Origin: Dipteris shenzhenensis
Taxonomy: Eukaryota
DNA length: 64,000 nt
Direction: 5' to 3' (one strand)
Assembly (NCBI GenBank): GCA_047967505.1
Contig: CM106538.1
Below the pieces are notes generated by a model, which was not told the DNA's origin, searched no databases, and saw only the letters and a list, made by a program, of their open reading frames with translations. How positions within the stretch are numbered: position 1 is the first letter of the stretch; the number at the start of each line of letters is the position of its first letter. The translations under genes and the position numbers were made by a program. Below, piece after piece: positions 38,880 to 50,645 of the stretch.

Positions 38880-39812
38880 TTTGGCTCAGCCCCTCGGAGA
38901 TTGCTTTATAAAATTTTGGGCTCATTGCCTAAAACAACCTTACTTCAGTTGCATGCCCACATTCATGTGTACTGGGTTTTCAGTTGAAGGTGTAAACTCA
39001 TCACCTTGTTCTTGGCTAGTCTCATTTCTTCTTTCATTACGAAAGGAGAACTCCCTATCAAGAGGTTCTTGAAGGAGAGACTGCTGTAAATGTATTTGTG
39101 GGTTATCATACTCAAGATGCGTATAACTCTCACCTAATCCATCCTCTTCAAGAGGGGGTGAAGGTGTTCTTTCTCTCTCTCCTTGGGGTAATGGAGGAAA
39201 AGGAATAAGTTCATTGTTATATGTCCCTTCCCCTTCCATTCTTTCCTTTTAGTAATACAAGAGAGAAAATGTCTTATTGTAATTAAAAAAAAAAAGAGGT
39301 TTATTTTACAGCAAAAGTCAAGTGTTGTAGAGTTGGTGGTACTTATCCGACTCCCGCTTGGTTTGTGTTGAGAAGACACTTAAAATGACCTCCTTTCCCT
39401 TCTCTTTCAAGCTTTTGTTCTTGTATTTCTGCTGTAAACTGGTACGCTTCGTTTGGGCTACTTGTTTTGAGCGGATTGGAGCTCTAGATACCGTTATAGG
39501 GGGTACTTGATGGGTGGATCACCCCCCTTAAAATCTTATTCCGAACCGACTTTCCGTTGGGGAGAACGGGGGATCCCTTTTCCTCACGGTTTAAGGATTT
39601 TAAGGGTACATTCACGTGGGGGGGGGGATTCACCTGTTGAGGACACCCCGTTCACCGTTCAAGACCAGAAATTTTCAGAAAAATGCCTTGTCTCAGAACC
39701 TCGGAGATCGGTCGGTCGTGCTCCTCTTCGGCAACTTCTCTTGCGACTTCCGTCGTCCACAACTGTCGCCCTCTTCTCGTCCCGCTTGTGGATCGTCACC
39801 GCTCTGATACCA
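38880..39812 (-). mobile_element. PBS, leader and gag-like start of a second, truncated internal region following the LTR at 39815-40338
   Basis: Reverse-strand TGGTATCAGAGC at 39801-39812, 2 nt from the LTR end, followed by a purine-rich leader and an acidic Pro-rich ORF fragment. Confidence 0.6.
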
Positions 39813-42800
39813 AATGTGAAGATCCACACTTTTCGAAAATCCAAATGTGTGCAATGCATGCAGAATTTGAATGCCGATTGGCCCTCCAATGGGGAAGAGC
39901 GCCCTCGTGAGAGTACTTGTTTCTTTTTCGATCTACATGCAAGGTGCGAGAGAGATGACGGATGAATTCAATGTGGTAGAGAGAATGCTACATGAGATTT
40001 CCAATGAAAGGGTGATACCCTTTCATTAATGTCCCTTGAGATCACTCAAGTTTCATCTTCCCATTTACACCTACCCTTATCCTATGACCCATATACCTAC
40101 CATTCAATGCACTCTAATGCACCCTTTCCCTTTCCTATTGCCCCTAGGACCTAGACACGTGTGTGCACATCTTTATTACTAATCATTGGCCAATGTTACA
40201 TAGTTTTGACGGTACTATTTGCACCGCTTGATTGATCATAAATACAAACATATAACCGCACCATCAAATTGGCGCCTAACAATAATAAGGTTCTAATGAC
40301 TATTAATTAACTAAATAATCATTTCTCTTGTCATGACACTCCCTCCTGCTTGAATGAGCAGAAGTCCTCGTTTGGATTATTGCTTGTCTCTTCCTCTTAC
40401 GTGCACTTTCTCTTGTTACCTCTGCCATTGCATCGCCTCTTTGTAATCTGCGAGTATTTGTGGAAAATTTGTAAAGAACTCTTCTTCCATTCATTGTGCA
40501 TCCTTAGCTGGCTGGTTTTTAAACTTCAGTAAATCCATATATCTCTTCTTTCCACGAGTACTCTCCTCTTTATGGTACACGATCTGTTCCGGAGTAAGAA
40601 CTTCAGTCCCATCTTCAAGTTCAGGTTCTTCTTGATGCTGAGTATCCAAAAACACAAAAGTATCGCCATGGTATCTCTTCAAATTGCTCACATGAAAGAT
40701 GTTCTTCATACGCCAGTGGGCTGGTAACTTCAGCTCATACGCTCTGGATCCTTCTTCTGGATATAAAGCTGCTGAAGTCTGAAATGGACCATAAAACTTC
40801 GGTGCTAGCTTGACATGTTTTGTACTTCCTCTCACTGACTTGATTCTTCTTTTATCAATCTTCAATAAAACCCAATCACATGGCTACACATATGGCACGT
40901 CCCGGAAATAAGTATCCATCCACGATGGAATAAGCCTCTAAATCTCCGACCTCATTACGTCGAATCTTCCCATAAATGTGAGCGAAGTGCTTGAATATAT
41001 TCAGCCCATTTGGTTGCCCAAAAGATTGAATATATTGAGCCCATTTGATTTGCCTTGAAGAGACAATAGGTTGAGAAAACAAGTGCTTGATACTTTGATG
41101 GTCAGTCTTAATCTTGAAAGCAGAACCATATAAATAGTGCTTCCATAACTTTAGAGCATGAATGACTGCCAATAACTCCTTCTCATATGTGATATATTTC
41201 AATTCAGCCCCTTGAAGTTTTCTACTCTCATAAGCAATGGGATGCCCTCCTTGCATCAACACTGCCCCAATCGAGGTACCAGTCGCATCCGTACAGACAA
41301 CAAAGAACTCTTTGTCCATGTCCGGAAGTGTTAACACTGTTGCAGTCACGAATGTTCTGTTAAGCTCCTCAAAAGCTACTTGGTGAACCTCTCCCCACTC
41401 ATACAAGGAATGCTTCTTCAACAAATCTGTTAGTGGGGAAGCAAGACGTGCAAAATTCTTAATGAATCTGCGATAATAACTACACATCCCTAGGAAGGAT
41501 CTCAGCTCATGTATGTTTTTGGGTATTGGCCATTCAATTATGGCCTTGACCTTTTTAGGGTCAACCCGAATTCCCTCAGCAGACACAATGTGTCCCAAAT
41601 ACTCTATTTCTGTCTTGAAGAACTCACTCTTCTTGGTATTTAGGAACAATCGATCCTTCCTTAGGAGCTCCATCACCTTAGCAAGGTCATCCTTATGCTC
41701 TTCCTCATTCTGGCTGAACACTAAAATGTCGTCAAAAAAGACTATGACAAATTTTCCCAAGTAGGGTCGCAAAACCCTTCTCATTAGCCTACTAGGAGTG
41801 GCTAGAGCATTAGTTAGGCCAAAAGGCATGACCAAAAACTCATAATGTCCAGTGAGAGTGCGAAAAGCAGTCTTATGTTCATCCCCAGCTTTCATACGAA
41901 GTTGATGATAACTAGATTTCAAATCCAATTTGCTAAAAACTTTAGCACCTTTAAGCATATCCAATAAATCATCCACTCTTGGAATCGGATAATGGTTCTT
42001 AATCGTAAGTTTATTTAAAGCAAGGTAATCTATACACATACGATATGATTCATCCTTCTTGTTAACCAATAATACAGGTGCTCCAAATGGAGAAGTGCTT
42101 GGTCGAATCAGGCCTTTTTGCAACAGATCTTCAATTTGTTTTTCTACCTCCTCCATTTCTATCCTGTTCATCCTGTATGGGGCTCTACATGGAGGAGAAG
42201 CTCCTGGCTCTAAGTCTATGGCATGATCATCTTCTCTCTCCATAGGCAATTCGAATGAGTCATCTCTTGAAAATCGATCCTCATAAGCTCTAAGGAACTC
42301 ATTTCTCTTCCGATCTTCTTTTGAGATATGAAGATCTCGTGAATCCCGTATATACACAAGATTACAATCTACCCCTCTTTTTACCAATCTTTTCGCTTGG
42401 GTAGGAGTAATCAATGGAATTGTATACATGTCTTGATCCCCTACGATCCTTATGTACAAAGCAACAATGATGAGTATGAGGATGAATAGTAGGGTTAAAA
42501 TCATACCACCATGGTTTACCTAGAATCATGTCAACGTCTTGTAAAGGGGCTACTAGAAAATCCCTTCGATCTCTATATTTTTGTATACGAAAAGGAATAT
42601 TCCGTACTATGGATGTGTCTTCTTCATTGTGTTCCCTAAAAGCTCCTGAAAGCGACATGTTTTTTATAGGTTCTGGTTTAAGATGGAGTAATTTTGCCAA
42701 TCTATCACTTACTAAGTCATAATTACATCCATCATCTAGGAGAACCACTATTCTCTGTGCATTCACGAATCCATACACCTTAAAAAGATCATGAGGCCCA

Positions 42801-43436
42801 AAGGTATTGGCTGAATGGACAATAGTCACAGTAGATTTCGAGGGTGACAAGGTAGAAGCCTCACCCTCCTGCTTGGATCCCTTGGCTTTCCCTTTCACTG
42901 AATTCGTCTTGGCAATCTTAGCCAAGAGAACGGGACACTTATGCCATACGTGCCCTGGCTTATGTTTCTTACACCCGAAACATTTTCCTTCCTTCATCAA
43001 CTTCCTCTTCTCCTCGTCAGTCATAGAAGGAAATGGCACCCATCCAGGACGTGATTGGCTATTCACGTTCCTTACAAGAGCTTTACCCTTCCCTTTTTTA
43101 TTCTTAAACCGGTTTGGTTTCCTAAAAGTGGGTATATTGTTGGTCTTAGATGATGACCCATACTCCTTATTGAAGGGTTTACGAGGATTCAATTTTCTCT
43201 CGGCTATTTCAGACAACTTAGTGAGGTCCTTAAGCGTGGTCGGGTTAAACATTTTAACCTCGTACCTTACTTTTGGGCTTAAAGCTGCTAAATACTTCTT
43301 TCTCCTATCTTCCTCACTCTTTTCGAGTAACTCTAGAGAGAGTTTCCAAAATCTGGCTGTAAAATCTGCATTACTCTCATTATCGAATTGCCTAAACCTC
43401 TCCCAAGGAAAGGTTAGGTTCTCTTCATGCCTCGGT

Positions 43437-46400
43437 TGTTAGAATTATAGATATAATTCAGCAGTGACCAATGTAATTTAATAAGCTAGTTAGGGGCACT
43501 TTTCCCTCTTTAAGAGGTTTTTTCCCCTAACCGCAGTTAGTTCACTAACTATGGTTAGTGACTACTAAGGTTTTGTCACTACGACAAAACCTTATCTCTC
43601 ACTCATTGAGTTGTACTCTACACACTCTTCTATTGCAACTCAGCTTTCGGCTTCCAAGCTTTCAGCTCTCACTCTCTTGCTGTCTCTCACTGCCCATTTT
43701 CTCACATTTGGTATCAGAGCATTTGATCCCGCTCCCTGCTTCTTCCGTGTTCAGCTCCAGCCTATAGCTTGCCGTACTGCTCCAGCTGCATCCGTACCTT
43801 CCGTTCATGCAGACTCGAAATTCGTACCGTACCTGCTCGTCGTACATCGCGTACCGTACCTATCATAACTTACCTGCGTAAGTACCGTAACATCCGTACA
43901 TCGCGTCCGTATCGTACCGTACCTGTCGTACCATACCGTCCGTACAGCTCGCAGAGGTTGTCCGTACATCACGTCCGTACTTTGCCGTACCAGTCGTACA
44001 GCTCGCTGTCTTCGTCCGTACCAGCACATGCGTCATCCGTACTGTCAGCCGTATAGTACTTCCTTACTGTCAGCCGTACAGTACTTCCGTACAGCAGGTA
44101 GTCCTTTGATTTCGTACAGCAGAACCTCGCAGGTGATCTTTGGCAGGCGCATTTTGCAGACAGCCATTGTTTGGCTCAGTTTTTTGGGAGTACATTTGGG
44201 GCATTTTGTTTGTTGCAGACACTGCAATCATTTTGTAGCTTCGGAGCTACACTTGGAGCAAACATTGCAGATTTGGTCTGAAATTTGGGGCTTTCTGCTG
44301 AAATTGCAAAATTTGGGGCTTTCAGTACTTCTGCCCCTATCTGGTTGCAATTTAAAGCTCGAAATTTGGGGCTTTCAGTTCTGCAGTACAATTTCTTGAA
44401 GAAATTTGGGGATTTTGTAATTACACTGCAATCTCGCAGTGAAATTTGGGGCTTTTGCAAACAGAGCGCAATTCTTGCAACATTTTGGGCTTTTGATCAA
44501 TTTGCCCCTTTCCGGTTGCAATTTCAGGCCTATTTTGGGGCTTTTGTGTTGGGAGAGCAATTTCTGGAGTTTTCAGTTCATACTGCCTTTCTTGGAGTGT
44601 TTTGCAGCACTTTTGGCATTTTGGAGAGTTTTTGATGCTTGGACAGATTTCTGACAGTGCAAGTACAGAAATCTGAGTTGCATTTACAGCAAGTACTTGG
44701 CTGTGTTTTTTTTTTGGGAGTTGTGCATTTCATTCCCAGTAAGGGAATTCAGTTTTGTATCTACTTAAATCTCTTTCTCAGATATGGCCCAGCAAAATCA
44801 GAATGACTTCCAGTTCGGTGGTCTTTCACAGGAAGACAAGTTGGATGGTACCAACTACTCCCTCTGGAGTTTTATGGTACGCAATATTCTGATTTCTCGC
44901 AATTTATGGGATTATGTGAATGGGGGTGAGATCCGACCAGCAGGTATGGCACCTAATACCCCTCCTCAGCAAGGAGGTGGAAGAGGTCGTGCACAAGGGG
45001 CAGCTGCAGAACAAGTTGTTGGTGCAGCTATAGCCACTACTGCAGAGCAGAAGAGATGGGATTCACGGGATGCCTTAGCTTTGTCATGCATCTCTCTTTC
45101 AGTGAAAAGATTTATCATTCCGCATATCCGGTCGAGTAAGACCTCCAAGGCAGCGTGGGATATTTTAGAAAGCATGTATGCAGCCCGGAATGATGCAAGG
45201 GTATCTTTCTTGAAAAGAGAGTTAAGTAATACACATATGGAAGAGGGTGACTCCATGTCAGTCCACCTCACAAAGCTTCAGGATCTCAGAGAGCAATTGT
45301 TAAATATAGATGAAATTATTCCTGATTCAGAGATGATTACAACCACTCTGAATTCTCTTCCTGAGTCTTATCTCAGCTTTCATACCTCGCTGAACTTATC
45401 ATTGAGGGGGGGTGCAAATCCTCTCACTTTTCATGAGTTGATAGGACTTCTGCTTCAGGAAGAGCAGACCAGGAAAAACTTGGCTTCACGTGCAGGTGAA
45501 CAAGCCATGCTCTCAAAGTTTAAATAAAAAACAAAGGGACAGGCAAAGACATCAGTAAATCAGCCTTCCAGTGGGTCAGGACAGCCTTCACAAAAGGCTA
45601 AAAATGATGCAAGTAAGCCCAAGAAGAAGGGTTTTTGTCACTACTGCAAAAAGCCAGGTCATCACATTGCAGAATGCAGGAAAAGGCTTGCAAAAGAGAA
45701 GAAAAACAGCTCCGGTATGGCTGTTTCAGATTCAGCTCCTCATGCATCTGACAGTGGGGATGCTGCAGCCAACTTTGTTGGACAGGATTATGCCTTTTTA
45801 TCTTGCATTTCAGATTCTAGGCTGGCTGCTCCAGATGCTCGGGATAGTACAGCCACTTGCAGTGATGATACATATGCATTTTTGACTTGCAGTTATGACT
45901 CTTCTACGGATGCATTTGCTTTCAGTGTCAATGAAACACTGAACACTTGGTATTTTGACAGCGGTGCATCCAAGCACATCACTTCTAGGAAGTGTCTTTT
46001 TACTTCCTTGCATCCACCTCCCGTTGGTAAGAAAGTCACTTGTGCCAACAACTCATCATATTTAGTGCGTGGCACAGGAGATGTTGAGCTCACTGCCATT
46101 GATGGCTCAATTTTCAGACTTTCAGATGTCTTATATGTGCCTGGTATAACCAAAAATCTTCTTTCAGTGTCCACTCTTAACAGAGCTGGATTTCAGGTCA
46201 TCTTTGAGGATGACAAATGTGCTGTCCGAGACAGGGAAGATGACTATGCCTTAAGGTTATCTGGTACTCTGTTGCGTGGGCTTTTTCAGCTGGATCTTTT
46301 TGAGAAAAGAGCAGCCCATGCTCTTGAGTTTCTACCCCTACAGCTGCCATGCAGAATGCAGAATTATGGCATGCCCGATATGGCCACATGCATTACAACA

Positions 46401-49397
46401 GCTTGATGACACTTCAGAAGTATTCCATTGTCTTGCATTGCCACCTCTTGAGATACCTCCACCACATGCCTGTGAAGGGTGCATTTTGGGCAAGATGCAT
46501 TGATTTCCCTTCAAGAAGGATGGTTTAGTTAAAGCTGTCCGCAAATTACCGCTTATACACAGTGATGTCTGTGGTCCCATGAGGACTTCATCATTGGGCG
46601 GTCATCTCTACTTCGTTACATTTATTGATGATTACTCCAATTTCACTTGGGTTTTTGGGCTGAAACGCAAATCAGAAGTATTCACGGTGTTTAAACACTT
46701 TTCAGCCATGGTTGAAAATGAAACGGGACTCAAGATACAGACATTGCGCACAGATAGAGGTGGGGAATACTTGTCTGCAGAATTTGATGCTTTTCTGAAA
46801 GGCAAAGGTATTGTGCATCAGCTCACAGTCACAGGCTGACCCCTCAGCAAAATGGCAAAGCTGAGAGGAAAAATAGAACTCTCATGGAGATGGACAAATG
46901 TATGCCGAAAAGCAAACACATGCCTCACAAATTCTGGCTTAAGGGTTTGATGTGTGCCAATTACATTTTGAATCGGGCTCCCACTAAGGCTTTAAAAACA
47001 AAAACTCCTTATGAGGTCTGGAATGATAGAAAGCCTTTAGTGGATCAGTTCCGAGTCTTTGGATGCCTTGCTTATGCTCATGTGCCAGTTGAATTTAGAC
47101 ACAAGTTGTCAGATAAAGCCATCAAGTGCATATTTGTTGGGTACAGTGCAGAAAGCAAGGGGTACCGTCTCTACAATCCTGCTACACGCAAGATCAAGAT
47201 CTAATATTTTCTGAAAATTCAGCTCACACTCAGGCTAAATTTCAAATGCCTTCGTCTTCAGAGGATGTCTTTGAGGGGTTGCTACCCATTGCCTTGGGTT
47301 CCCCTGCTGATTTTTCTGATGCAAATCAGAATTTACAGCAACCTCCAAATGCTTTAGTTCCGCCACAGGATGTCTTGGCCCCTCCACAGGCAGTGGAACA
47401 TGCAAGAAATTGCAGACATACATGCAGCAAAAACAGTCCCAAACTGGCTGTTACAGACTCTCAGGGAGAGTAAAATTGATGCTCCGTTACTTGGCAGGAC
47501 TCGCAGTGCAGCAAGGCACATGGAAGGTGCTAATTCAGTGGAATCAGCATATGCAGGTACTCTTCTTGATGAGGAGGAACCTGCCACATTCGAAGAGGCA
47601 AAGGACAATGTGCATTGGATGAATGCCATGCACGATGAGTTGCAGTCCATTGCAAAAAATCAGACTTGGGATGTGGGTAAACATGCCATTGGCACACGAT
47701 GGGTTTTCAAGGTCAAACGGAAGCCAGATGGCTCCATTGACAGATGTAAGGCAATGCTGGTTGCTAAAGGCTATGCTCAGAAAAAGGGCATAGATTATGA
47801 GGAGACATTCGCTCCTACATCCCGGATGACCACCATCCGATCAGTTATTGCAATGGCTGCACATTTTGAGTGGAATGTTCATTAGTTGGACATAAAAACA
47901 GCCTTCTTAAATGGGGACTTGCTGGAAGAGGTGTATGTCAAACAACCTCCGGGCTTTGAAATTACAGCAAATGCACTTCAAGTATGCAAGCTCAACAAAG
48001 CTTTATATGGGCTGAAACAGGCCCCTCGTGCATGGTATGCCAAGATCCATGCCTTTTTGACCAGCAAGGGGCTGCACAATAGTCCTACTGAGAGCACCCT
48101 CTACATCAAGATGGATGGGGGGGAAATTTTAGTCATCCTTCTTTATGTCGATGACTTACTGCTCACAGGGTCCAATGAAGACAAAATTGCAGATTTCAAA
48201 GCTGATTTGCAGACCAACTTTGACATGTCAGATTTGGGGCTGCTTCACTTTTATTTGGGGATCCAGTTCTCTCATGAGAGACGTGGCACTGTTATGTCTC
48301 AATCCAAGTATGTTCAAAAACTCTTGGACAGATTTAACATGCATGATTGTAAGCCCATAGCCACTCCCATGGAGCCGGGGCTGAAACTCACAATGCATGA
48401 TGCAGGAGAATTAGTTGATGCCACACTTTACAGTCAGGCTGTTGGATGCCTCATATATCTCTGCAACACTAGACTTGATATTCAGTTTGCAGTATCTCAA
48501 GTGAGCAGGTACATGCACATCCCAAAAACTATGCATTGGCAGGCAGTTAAGCGCATCTTCCGTTATTTGCAGGGCACGAAGTCTTTTGGCTTGCTATTTC
48601 CCAGGGGGGGTGACTTGCAGATGCATGCCCACAGTGATTCAGATTGGGCTGGTGATTATGACACTAGGCAGTCCACTAGTGGCAATTGTTTCTTTTTGGG
48701 TAAATCTTGCATTTCCTGGCTGAGCAAGAAACAATCTACAGTGGCTACCTCATCATGTGAAGCTGAGTACAGGGCAGCTTTCAGAGCAACAGTTGAATGT
48801 GTCTGGCTGCGACGTCTATTTGCTGATCTTCATCTGTCTTTGGATGGTCCTTCTCCAATTCTCATTGATAGTCAGAGTGCCATTGCAGTGGCAAAGAATC
48901 TAGTGTTTCATGCTCGCACGAAGCACATTGAGGTTCACTATCACTACGTTAGAGAGAAGTTGCATGCAGGAGAGATCAGTATGATCTTTGTGTCCACACA
49001 TGACAACGTTGCAGATATTTTCACCAAAGCACTACCACGTGAAAAGTTTGAGGCATTTCGCAGTGCCCTGAACTTATATCCGTTTGGTGATTGATCAGCC
49101 TTGTACATGACATTGGCACTGCAGGGGGATGTTAGAATTATAGATATAATTCAGCAGTGACCAATGTAATTTAATAAGCTAGTTAGGGGCACTTTTCCCT
49201 CTTTAAGAGGTTTTTCCCCCTAACCGTAGTTAGTTCACTAACTATGGTTAGTGACTACTAAGGTTTTGTCACTAGGACAAAACCTTATCTCACTCATTGA
49301 GTTGTACTCTACACACTCTTCTATTGCAACTCAGCTTTCAGCTTCCAAGCTTTCATCTCTCACTCTTTTGCTCTCTCTCACTGTCCATTTTCTCACA
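43437..49397 (+). mobile_element. Full-length Ty1/copia element (Copia-C) inserted into the gypsy gag
   Basis: LTRs 43437-43706 and 49130-49397 (about 8 substitutions plus a 2-bp indel), TSD TCGGT, PBS at 43709-43720, PPT before 49130. The host gag reads KATFMPP|RHEENL across the insertion. Confidence 0.97.
44784..49094 (+). pseudogene. Copia-C gag-pol with several stops and frameshifts
   Basis: DKLDGTNYSLWS, CHYCKKPGHHIAEC, WYFDSGASKH, IHSDVCGP, LRTDRGGEY, LLYVDD, SDSDWAG, HARTKHIEVHYH. Confidence 0.95.
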
Positions 49398-49859
49398 TCG
49401 GTGGCATGAAAGTGGCTTTCAAATGCTCCACGAATTTAGCCCATTCATGAATAGGCTCTTTTCCTGTCTGTGACAAGGACCACCACATTAGAGCATGCTT
49501 CTATAGATGCAATGTGGCAAGAGCAAGCTTATCTTGCTCGGTCTTGTGTTGATGGCCAAAGTATAGCTCAAAATGGCGAATCCAATTGAGGATTTTGTCA
49601 GCCTTCTTTGCCCCATCATATTTGGGGAACTCAATTCTCTCTCGTGCTTGGAATTTGGACCTCTTAGAAGGGGTACTCAACTCTTCATCCCCGAAGTTTA
49701 AAGTCCTCTTAGTCCCTAATGACAGTGATACTCTCTCATCCTCAGTGTCGGAATCAATGGAAGAATTAGACGGGGGGGAGGAGTTCTCAGAGGAGGAAGT
49801 TTACATGATGGGGGTGTCTCCGACCCCGCCACCTGCAGAAACGGTAACAGCTAGTCCTC

Positions 49860-50146
49860 AATAGCTTGAATCTATGCTTTCCCCAGACCTCACTCCAAGT
49901 GAGAAAGATGAGTTCCTAGAAATGTTCAAAGATTTCCCTGACCTCTTCGCAACTAGCTACCACCACCTTCTCCATGTGATTGCCATAGAGCACAAGATAG
50001 AGCTGAAGCCTGATGCGAAGCCTGTGGCTCAGAAGTATCGGAGATTAGGGCCCCTACAGATCGATGCTTTGTGCGCAAAGCATACAAATTATATGATTCC
50101 GTCAACCGCAAGGTCATTATCTCTAGAGATGTAATCTTTGATGAAA
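49860..50146 (+). other. Filler made of a gypsy RT N-terminal fragment and a copia integrase-tail fragment
   Basis: LSPDLTPSEKDEFLEMFKDFPDLFA...IEHKIELKPDAKPVAQKYRRL, then AYKLYDSVNRKVIISRDVIFDE. Both are opposite in orientation to the host gypsy. Confidence 0.75.
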
Positions 50147-50645
50147 TGTGTGCAATGCATGCATAATTTGAATGCCGATTGGCCCTCCAATGGGGAAGAG
50201 CGCCCTCGTGAGAGTACTTGTTTCTTTTTCGACCTACATGCAAGGTGGGAGAGAGATGACGGATGATTGCAATGTGGTAGAGAGAATGCTACATGAGATT
50301 TCCAATGAAAGGGTGATACCCTTTCATTAATGTCCCTTGAGATCACTGAAGTTCCATCTTCCCATTTACACCTACCCTTATCCTATGACCCATGCACCTA
50401 CCATTCAATGCATTCTAATGCACCCTTTCCCTTTCCTATTGCCCCTAGGACCTAGACACGTGTATGCACATCTTTATTACTAATCATTGGTCAATGTTAC
50501 ATAGTTTTGGAGGTACTATTTACACCGCTTGATCGATCATAAATTCAAACATATAACCGCACCATCAAATTGGCGCCTAACAATAATAAGGTTCTAATGA
50601 CTATTAATTAACTAAATAATCATTTCTCTTGTCATGACAGATGCT

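Larger units (their letters stand above)
39815..50639 (-). mobile_element. Ty3/gypsy chromovirus-type retrotransposon with nested copia and deleted integrase core
   Basis: About 496-bp direct repeats at 39843-40338 and 50144-50639, PPT at 40339. Gag (FPKYDG...WIRHFELYF; CFGCKKHKPGHVWHKC), protease [15 protein letters not shown], RNase H TDATG/EKELLA, YGPF module and chromodomain-like PEQIVYH...LLKFKNQPAKDA. Confidence 0.92.
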
